Assembly: GCF_009914755.1 (NCBI RefSeq) | Contig: NC_060925.1 | Source of the DNA: the human T2T-CHM13v2.0 reference genome, Homo sapiens | Length of the DNA: 64,000 nt | Reading direction: 5' to 3' (one strand) | In this document: positions 53,643 to 64,000 of the stretch, one piece after another | Numbering within the stretch: the stretch's first letter is position 1 | Layout of the letters: each line of letters starts with the position of its first letter | Made by a program: the position numbers and the translations under genes | The notes under the pieces: generated by a model | Told to the model about the DNA's origin: nothing | Seen by the model: only the letters and a program-made list of their open reading frames with translations | Database searches by the model: none

Positions 53643-54810
53643 GTCAGTGTGGCAGCTTCATGCCGAGGATGGAGGATCGCATGGTGGTGGGTGGGCACAC
53701 AGTGAAAGAGGCTAGTGAGGCTCTGCCTGCTCCAGTCCTGTCCACCAGGGAGGCAAATGGTGGCAGGGAAAGGGGGAGGTGGGAGCAAGTGATCAGTTCT
53801 TTGGAAACCTCCAGAGACAAGAGGAGCTAATTAAAGGAGGTGGCCATCAATCAAAGTGTCAGGACAGCACTGGGTATTTGCAAGTACCCTCTGGTTGGAG
53901 TTATAAGCTCTTTATCTTTGCATGATGATGGATGGCATTTCCAGCTGCTATTGCCACAGAGCCTTTGTTCTGTGTGGGGCTGGGCTCAGGAACACTCCCC
54001 GCCGACCTTGGGAAGTTTTTAACTAGATGCTGGGTTTCCTTTGAGGTTGCAGCGTGTCACGCAGCTTTGCAATTTGATTGTCAGCATCACTGTAAGTGCT
54101 GGATGGGTGGGATGAGGCAGTGTTACTAAAGGCAGAGTCACGTCATTCAGAGAGTTGCTCTGAATGGATGGGTAGTACGTTACAGCTTCCCCAGACTCAT
54201 TCAGGAAGCGCATGTGGGCACACACAGTTCAAACTTGGTATTTAGCATAGCTCTGTGCCATAGCTGGGGGCCCCTGTGTCTCTTTCCCAAAAAAGTGTGT
54301 GCTTTTTGCAGCAAAATATGGAGAACGGCAACTTGCCGGTAAAATAACCAAAGGACATCCCTAACCTCTGTACAGAGTGGATGAACTACAGGCCATATGA
54401 AAGCCACCTGTCAGCCCAAAAGGATTTTTTGAGCCTTACATGAATAGGACAGAAATAAAATGTTATGCCAACATTGATAGAAGGGGAAAATACTTTGCAA
54501 GCTTTTAAAGTTTTTTCTGTATTTCAGTAATGATACCTTTCATTGAGAGAGAGCTTAATCAAGCAGCCGGTTATTTTTCTAGCTAATTACTTGTCTTTTA
54601 ATGTCTTCTAAGAGAGCCAGTGTGTTAGAATCCCATATCTTGTATGACACAGCAGGGAAATATGCTTGGATAAAGCCTATATATGAAAATATTTGTGATC
54701 CAAGGAATAAAGAATGATTAGGAAAATAACATAATATGAATTCACAAATTTATAAATTATTTTTCCAGATAATGTCTTGGAGACCCATAACCTGCTCCAG
54801 CCAGTACTAC

Positions 54811-55332
54811 TTTTTTTTTTAATACTTTAAGTTCTAGGGTACATGTACACAACGTGCAGGTTTGTTACATATGTATACATGTGCCATGTTGGTGTGCTGC
54901 ACCCATTGACTCGTCATTTACATTAGGTATATCTCCTAATGCTATCCCTCCCCCCTCCCCCCACCCCACGACAGGCCCTGGTGTGTGATGTTCCCCTTCC
55001 TGTGTCTAAGTGTTCTCATTGTTCAGTTCCCACCTATAAGTGAGAACATGCAGTGTTTGGTTTTCTGTCCTTGCGATAGTTTGCTGAGAATGATGGTTTC
55101 CAGCTTCATCCATGTCCCTACAAAGGACATGAATTCATCCTTTTTTATGGCTGCATAGTATTCCATGGTGTATATGTGCCACATTTTCTTAATCCAGTCT
55201 ATCATTTATGGGCATTTGGGTTGGTTCCAAGTCTTTGCTATTGTGAATAGTGCCCCAGTAAACATACGTGTGCATGTGTCTTTATAGCAGCATGATTTAT
55301 AATCCTTTGGGTATATGCCCAGTAATGGGATG
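54811..55332 (-). mobile_element. L1PA-type 3' end (5'-truncated LINE-1)
   Basis: T-tail, canonical L1PA 3'UTR, ORF2 C-terminus (DWIKKMWHIYTMEYYAAIKKDEFMSFVGTWMKLETIILSK), TSD tccagccagtactac/tccagctagtacttc. Confidence 0.95.
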
Positions 55333-56034
55333 TCCAGCTAGTACTTCTATAGTCTCTGGGTTTGTTCTTTAAGACTTGATGCCTAAGTGACATCAATTGG
55401 ATCAAGACAAAACCAAAGTTTTGCCTTTCAGACTCCAAGTTGCCCTTTTTTCTCCCATCCTGGATATACCATCCTGTATTCTCTGGCAGAACAATGTTCC
55501 ATATCCATCACCTTTTATCCTTGCTTATTCTTTTATGCTGCTTGACCAGTGACTCCGGCCAGGCAGCAGGCAATGGCCAAGGTCCTGTGGCCCACAGACT
55601 TGCAGCCCAGAGCTAAGGGTATGAAAGTAAGCACACTATGCAAGAATTAGCATTACTTTTTGCAGATTTGCATATCGTTTGCATAAGTTCCTATAAACAA
55701 TAAACTGAGGCATTTTACTCCAAGGAACACTGTACTCTACCTCTTCCTGCCTTTTGCCCCTTTCATTTGTACATGCTCCTTTTTCCCACGCCACTGCCTC
55801 TGCTGCAGCTTCTGGGAGGTCAAATGCAGTTGCTACTCATCGTCGTGGAAAATACCGGGGAGAAAAGGTAGACATCAGAGGACATGAGACAGTGACTTCA
55901 AGACTTTAGGTGTTGTGGCTGCGTGATCACACCTTCTGCAGCCTGACAGTTTTCTAGCTCCCACGGGGAGTAGCACTGGAGTGGCCAGCACCTCTTCACT
56001 AACTCAAGGCAGAAATAAGCCATGTACCTACAAC

Positions 56035-56440
<406 letters not shown>

Positions 56441-56467
56441 TGAGATTGTTTTCAGTGATGTCATCAT

Positions 56468-57031
56468 TGTTACAGGACCACCAGCTTCGTACCAGGACCA
56501 CCAGCTTTGCACCCTTGCACAGTAACAGACCAATACACTGAGACGGTGGGAGTTGCAGCAGAGAAAGAGCTTAATAATTGTATGGCAGCCAAACAAGGCA
56601 CGAGGGAATCTCAAATCCACCTCCTCGAGAAGTTTTGGGCTGGGATTTTAGAGGGAATTTTGGCTGAAGAACTGGGGGTTGCTGATTGGTTAGGACATGG
56701 GAGATGAAATCATAAGGATGTAGAAACTTCATTCTTGTACTAAGTCCGTTCCTTGGAGGGAGTCTGCAGACTGGCTGGTGTCAGGGGGCCTGATGGAATC
56801 AGGATCTAGAAAATATCTCAAATGGGAAACTTGAGGTTTTTTAATGTTAAGGATGTTACCTGTAGATGTTAGGACCTTGTGACAGAGGCGATGGGACTAA
56901 GCAGTAAGCGGCTATAAGGAGATGGGCTATAGGGCAAGCTGGTTAATGCTTAGTTATGCTTCTGTTTAAAGCTTATGCTTTTGTTAAAAGTCAAGCAATT
57001 TTGTTTTATTAAGTTTAGGAGGGTGATTTCA
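56468..57031 (-). mobile_element. ERV1 solo LTR (LTR8-like)
   Basis: TGTTA...TTTCA ends, gcagcagagaaagag and ctcaaatccacctcc blocks, near-TSD tcat/acat. Confidence 0.72.
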
Positions 57032-57464
57032 ACATAATTTCTTTCTGAATGTAATTTCAAATTATAGGTGCTTCTGTCTGTCTGGCCCTTGAGGTCTGAC
57101 TGTAGCTCACATGTTATTTAGCTTAAGTTGGTAACACTGTTCTCCCAAAGGCATTTAGGTCCTGGGCATGCAGGTCTGTCTCCTCTCACTAGAATGCAAG
57201 TTCTGGATGGTCAGCAATTTTGTTTCATTCACTGTCATGGGCTGTGACATAGAATGTAGAGGAACGCATAGCCCACTGAAGGTGCTCGGTGAGTATTTAC
57301 TAAGTAAGTGAGTGAATGAGTGCCAACTTTCTGGGACTTCTGTCATCTAAATCCTTCTTCTTGGGAACACTGGCTTAGTCAATAATCTTTCCATTTCTTC
57401 ATTTCAGTACTGTCCGTGACATACTACAAAATTTACATATTTTACTACATTTACTCCTTATATA

Positions 57465-57750
<286 letters not shown>

Positions 57751-58979
57751 TTAAAAATTGAATTTAACTCAATATTGTATTCATTATTGACACAGAAGAT
57801 CTCTGACCTACAGTTTCTTCAGTCCGATTTTCTTCCATAATGCTTATACCCTCTGCCCCCTTGTAGTCTGTATTTCAACCATCCTAATATCTGCTCTCAG
57901 CCACTTCCGGGACTTTTATATTTGGAAGGTTTTGGTGAAGCGTGCAAACATCTACTGCTTCCAATCCTGCCTCTGCCCTTATTATCCATGTAACCCACAG
58001 TGTGTGCCTCAATGTGACTGTAAACTAGGGGTAAAAATAACAGGACCGTGCTCATAGAGGTGTGTGAGAATTAAGTGAGGTAATATGGTACATCTGGCTC
58101 ATAAGTGTGCAATGCATATTAAATGTTATTATTATCATCCTGACCCTTAAGTTCTACCTAAAACCCTTTATGACATCGCTAAGCACACACTTGGCCAGCC
58201 GAGATAATCCTTGGCTGGTTGCATCCCCTCTTAGCATCCCCTCCCATTTTCTTAGGTTAGTGCCGTTTAGTGTTTGAGCAGCATCACACGGTGGGCCGGC
58301 CTGGGCCTCCTCCCTCCCGTCTCTCTCGTTTTGAATGGGCTTCTGAGTTCCGATTCCCAAGCTGTGAGCACATGTTGGGGATGGCGGGGAGGGTTAATGG
58401 GTCTAGTTAGCAGCACCACCTTCTGGGAACTGCACCTTCCAAGAATTTCTTGGAACGAGCCTCCTAAACACCCTAGAATGTGATGCATCTCAGCAGCTGA
58501 TTGTTGTTAAACCACCTCCTCAGCTTTCTTGGGAGAAAGGAAGGGATTTTCAAACTGGATCTGTTTTTAGCTCTATAATTATCAGAAAATGTGTTCTTTG
58601 GGTAATTGTCTGAACTGCAGGATTCTTGTGTTGACTTGTGCTCATGATTCATTTTTTTGTGGCAAGAGCCAGTTGCCTCTTGAGCAGCTCTCCCCACCAG
58701 AGCACATCATAAGCTCTGTGGGGCCCCTACAAAGTGCAGGTTTGGGAGCAGGAAGCATCCTGGAAGGCAGAGGTTGGTGTGACTGCCGCTTTTGGGCATA
58801 TAAAGGGTTCTCGTGGGGAGGAGGCTGACTCCTGTTGCATCTGCAAGTTTAGCGAGTGGTTCGAGGAAATTAACTTAAATGTGAGCCCAAATGATTGGTA
58901 TGAGAATAAGGAGAAATGTGCTTCATCAGTGGTAGTCATCAAACTTTGGGACTGGTTGTGAAATGTTCACATCCCTTAG

Positions 58980-59299
<320 letters not shown>

Positions 59300-60109
59300 C
59301 CTTAGATCACATTAGACAAGTTCATGTCTGAGATGATTTTGAGTTAGATTGAGGCTGCCCAATGTTGGGGACATTTAGTTGCATAGTTTGGGATGTCCCT
59401 TCTGGCTTGACAATTCTGTGATTCTCCAATTCATGTCCCAGTTTCCCCAAGGATTTGTCCAGTCCCACTGCAGGTTTTCCCTGACATTTGTGAATATAAA
59501 AAGCTGTAGTGGGTGGATTATTTTCATTCTTCATTGGGCATTCTCATCACCACATGGAGGAGAAGGGTGTGTGGGTAGGCTTTGAGGGTGAGTGGGCCAT
59601 TGAGTTTATTGGAGAGCCTGCTGGGAAGGGGCAGGTGCTCCAGGTATAGTACCGGAAATGCAGTGGTGATATGACCACCGGTGCTCCCACTAATGGGCAC
59701 CTGTGTCGGTTTCTTGTTAAAGCTTCCCAGAGCCACAGCTCTGTCTTACGGAGGAGTTATGATGTGAAGTGAGGCTGCCAGTAGCAGCCTGAACCCACTG
59801 CACAAATTCCATGATGTGGTTCTGAAAGCAGGGGTTGGAAGAGATGGGAAGTGGATATGACACTTTCCCAGTGAAAAGTCAGTCTTGTTAAATGAGGAGA
59901 TTGCATTATTATTAATGCTTCCTTACCCTCCCCTCTCTCCAGGACTGTCTACATAATTGGCAGGGCCTGGTGAGAAACGGCAATGTGAGGCTCCATGTCA
60001 GAAACTGATGCCAAACATTCAACCAAAGATGGGGCCCTTCCCAGCTCAGGGCCTTGTGCAGCTGCACAGGTCACAGGCCCCTGAAGCAACTCAGCCTGGT
60101 CTCCGTGAC

Positions 60110-60495
60110 CTTTGCACTATGACTTTGCAGTTCCTCCTCCTATAAGCAGAGTATATTTCCTCTCCCCACTGATACTTGGCTCTGCCAGGTGACAGGACTT
60201 GTCCACTGCAAAGTGGGCAGGCGTGGGAGTGTGTGTCAAGGCTGTGAGAGTCATTGGATATTCCTGTGTTCCCTTCTGAAATTCTGTCATTGACAAGACC
60301 AATGCACTGGTTCAAGGAGGATGAGAGGCATGGGGAACCTACCTGAGCCCACCTGTATCTCAAGGCCAAGCCTGCTAGAGCCAGTGACTGCCAACCATCC
60401 TTTAGATGTGGGAGCAAGTATAAATGGTTATTGTTTTAAGGCACTGTATTTTGGAATGGTTTGTTACATAACATTCTCATGGCAACATTCCTGAC
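60110..60495 (+). mobile_element. Old MLT1 LTR, degraded
   Basis: tgtgactttgcagttcctcc-like start; 3' block taaatggttattgttttaaggcactgtattttggaatggtttgttaca. Confidence 0.6.
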
Positions 60496-60816
60496 ATGCG
60501 TAGATGTAAAAAGCTGTAGTGGATGGATTATTTTCATTCTCTCATTGGGCAGAGTATCTTAGCTCCTGGTATCTCATTGATACCATAAGCATGTGGCACT
60601 TCTAAAAGGGGAAAACTTTTTTCTTAAAGTGATCTTATTCTTTGCCAGAGTCCAGCCATTCTTTGACTCTACAAATTTGCAAATAGATGGTTTCAAGCTT
60701 TGTCCAAATTTCTTTGACCTAAGTGGGGGCTACTAAGTACATTTATAAACCAGAACTTAGAGAAAGATCTATGTTGCTTTGGTGCACAGTATTTGTCATG
60801 TGCTAACAACTGGAAA

Positions 60817-61108
60817 GGGCAGGGCGCAGTGGCTTGTGCCTGTAATCCCAGCACTTTGGGAGGCAGGAGGATTGCTTGAGCCCAGGAGGTTGAGATCAGT
60901 GTGGGTAACATAGTGAGACCCCCATATCTACAAAAAGTTAGTAAAATAAAATTAGCCAGGCACGGTGGTGCACATCTGTAGTCCCAGCTACTCAGGAGGG
61001 AGGGTGAGGTGGGAGGATCACTTGAGTCCAGGAGATTCAGGCTGCGGTGAGCCAAGGTCATGCCACTGCACTGCATCCTGGGACAGTGTAAGACCCAGTC
61101 TCTAAAAA
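60817..61108 (+). mobile_element. Alu (AluJ-like)
   Basis: Sense dimer; TSD-like aacaactgg. Confidence 0.92.
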
Positions 61109-62153
61109 CAACTGGGAGGAATGGAGAAGATGGTGCCTTTTTTCTCTAATTACTGGCACTCCTCGCCACAAGGGATTGACTTCATTTCAGTTCTTTTTAG
61201 CTGTTAATACGGTTCTTCCTACAGGGCTCTGGAGGGAATGGCATATTTTAATTGAGGGACATGATACGTGAAAAGGGATACGTAAACTCAAAGGCAGTTG
61301 TGTGGAGTGCCGTAGAGAGACCATCCTTGACGCAGAAGTTTTCTAGATCAGAATTCTCTGTTTCTTGGGAGGATTTCTAAAGCATGGAAATAGTGATGCT
61401 GACTACTGTATGCCTTTAAAAGTATTAACTCCTTTAATCTCACAACAACCCTATGAAGTAGTCATTATTAAAAGCCACACTTAACAGAAAAGGAAATTGA
61501 GGCTTAGAGAGGTTAAGTATATATCCGAGAGTCTCCTATTTCTTAAGTGATAGAGCTGGGATTTGAAGGCAAGCCCATGTGACCAGAGTCCACATTTCTG
61601 ATCACCACATTATAAGGGAGATTGCTGCTTCTTTTCGAAACATGCTCCTTAAGGACCACCGCTACAGTAACATGGCTCAGCTGTTTTAAAGGGAAGCTAC
61701 GGATACCGAAACCACATAGGGCCTCAGGGAGCCTGTAAGATGCTTGGCTCACTGTTGATGGGTCCGAGTGGATTCTTTTAAGGCTCTTTTTCTAATTTCA
61801 TTTAACTTCTTGGTAGGGTAGTTCACCCCTGGAGGGAATATTTGAAGAGAGGTAAAAATATCCTGGAACAAAAGTTGTAACTAGTTCAGAAACCATGTCT
61901 CATGTATAATTTATTTTCAGACGCTTTCCGTGGCAAACTCCTTGTTAGTCAGAGGGAAAGAGGGAACATTTTCCTTGATGCGTAAACTGTGGTGCTGTCA
62001 TGGGGTTGCTGAACCAGAAGTTGGAGGGGACTTGTCCTCACTTCACTCCTTCCCTAGGGCCGCAGCAGGCGAACTGAAGACTTTACAAACAAATCCCTAA
62101 CACATGGGCACTGGCTTTTCACTGGGGATCTGGGTAGCTGGTTGGCCCTATCC

Positions 62154-62460
62154 TTGTTAGTTCTCTATTGCCCTGATAATAAGGTATCAAACCAGCTTAC
62201 AGCAACCATAATTTATTTCTCACGAGTCCATGGGTCATGTGGTCAGTTCTGTTGACCTTGGCTGCGCTTGGGCAGGGGGGATGTTCTTCTGGTCTTGGCT
62301 GGAGCTCATTCTTGTATCTGGTGGGCAGCAGGCCATTAGCTCATCTCAGTCAGCCTCAGACACATCTCATCCTCCAGCGACCACCTGAGGCTTGTTCTCC
62401 TGGTGTAACAGAGAAGCAAGAGAAGAAGTGGAAATGCGCAAGCACCTTTTCAAGCTTTGG
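62154..62460 (-). mobile_element. Old MLT1 LTR fragment
   Basis: tgttagttctctattgc...cagcaaccataatttatttctcacgagtccatgggtca motif. Confidence 0.55.
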
Positions 62461-63277
62461 TCAGCATGGGGGGACTACAAAGTTAGGGGCAAAGGGTGTG
62501 GATATTCTTCAGTCAGACCTTGCTGCCTTGATTGTGAAAATTCCTATGCTAGGATCGTATCAGGAAGTAGCAAATGTTAGAGTCTGCTGGTCTCCAGTAT
62601 TCGTCATTAGTGGAACTGGTGGTTTCTAATTTTTTTGCATATCAAGATCACCTCTGGAGATGTTTCAACATATATCTGCTTAAGAATCACTTCCAGAAGA
62701 TCTGCTCCAGTAGTTCTTGCGAGGGTCTAGTCATCTGTATTTTGAAAATGCCCCATGGGGGGCCACGGTAGAGAGACACTCTGGGAAATATTTGGTGACT
62801 TGAGTGTTTGGTAGATGTTCTGGGGATTCCTAAGCAATGCCAGGATGGCTCCCCAGGGTCTGGAGAACTGGATCTGTGGAGGAGGAGAGGAGAGGGACAA
62901 GAGCTTCCACCCAGAGAAGTTGACAGCAGACAGATGTTGCCAGCTGCCAGCTCCTTTGCAGACAGCCCAGGATGAGCTGAGCCCTGGACTTGGGAGCATT
63001 TCCACAAGTTGCTATGTCCTGGCTGTGTGTGGAGAGAACACCTTCCTCACCTGAGACACAACAGAAAGTTGGTTTTGAGATGAATGTGGGGCCGTCACAA
63101 CCAGTTTCAAAAAGTAAAGAAGTCCAGCAGCCCTCATGGCAGCAGGAGAAGAAACCCTAAAACTGTCAGGGACTTTAGGTTGTGTCATTGAGAGGGTCCC
63201 TAAACCTGGCTGTTCCTCACGTTGAATCTGGATTGATGATTAAACATACGACTCCGCAAGGTAGATTCCTATCCACC

Positions 63278-64000
63278 CAGGATAGTTAATTTTATCTGTC
63301 ACCTTGGCTAGGTCACGGTGCCTAGATATGTGATCAAACATTGTTCTGGTTGTTTCTGTGAGGGTGTATTTTTTGGATGAGGTTAACATTTAAATCAGAC
63401 TTTCATTATATGAAAAAGACACATGCACACACATGTTTATAGTAGTATAATTTGTAATTGCAAAATTATGGAACCAACCTAAATGCCCATCAGCCAACGA
63501 GTGGAAAGAAAATGTGGCATGTATACACCATGGAATACTACTTAGCCATGAAATGGAATGAAATAATGAAATAAAGGCCTTTGCGGCAACTTGGATGGAA
63601 CTGGAGGCCATTATTCTAAGTGAAGAAACTCAGGAATGGAAATCCAAATATCATATATTCTCACTTATAAGTGGGAGCTAAGCTATGAGAATGCAAAGGC
63701 ATAAAAATGATATAACGGGCTTTGGGGATTTTGGGGGAAAGGTGGGAGGGGGTGAGGGATAAAAGACTACACGTTGGGTACAGTGTACACTGCTCAGGTG
63801 ATGGGTGCACCAAAATCTCAGAAATCACCACTAAAGAACTTATCCATGTAACCAAACACCACCTGCTCCCCAAAAACTATTGAAATAAAATTTAAAAAAT
63901 AAATTGGACTTTGAGTAAAGCACATTATCTTTTCTTCTGTGGGTGGGCCTCACTCAATCAGTTGAAGGCCTTACTGGAGCAGAAAGACTGAGCTCTCCTG
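63278..64000 (+). mobile_element. MLT2 LTR interrupted by an L1
   Basis: gatagttaattttatctgtcaccttggctagg...ggatgaggttaacatt; resumes after the L1 with gagtaaagca...gggtgggcctca. Confidence 0.8.
63403..63900 (+). mobile_element. L1PB-type 3' end (5'-truncated LINE-1)
   Basis: ORF2 C-terminal remnant and 3'UTR (gggtgagggataaaagactacac...aaatcaccactaaagaacttatccatgtaacc), A-rich tail, TSD taaatcagacttt/taaattggacttt. Confidence 0.88.

Noticed and set aside
53360-53830. 156-aa ORF overlapping CNIH3 exon 3
   Set aside because: It is in a different frame from the real exon, resembles no known protein and runs through both splice sites; a chance ORF.

Overview
Human (primate) genomic DNA lying entirely inside the CNIH3 gene (cornichon family AMPA-receptor auxiliary protein 3, + strand). 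The window covers most of a large first intron, two short coding exons (49757-49825, [23 protein letters not shown]; 53595-53642, RERLRNIERICFLLRK) and part of the next intron. The remainder is intronic and repeat-rich: about 20 Alus, L1/L2/L3/MIR relics, MaLR/ERVL LTRs and several ERV1 solo LTRs. One ERV1 provirus is structurally complete (24456-33183, - strand; two LTRs, CTAG target-site duplication, tRNA-Glu PBS, PPT) and carries a nested DNAJB6 processed pseudogene, a THE1 LTR, an Alu and a MADE1 MITE. Almost all ORFs in the supplied track are spurious. I see no convincing new protein-coding system. The least-explained signals are: four short local templated duplications with donor and copy 1-2.2 kb apart (one inverted, inside the pseudogene); a microexon-like layout of the CNIH2/3-specific 48-nt exon; a 3'-truncated Alu that still has a TSD; and a strong CTCF site. 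Repeat subfamily names come from recalled consensus sequences and need RepeatMasker/Dfam confirmation. Many repeat boundaries are approximate.
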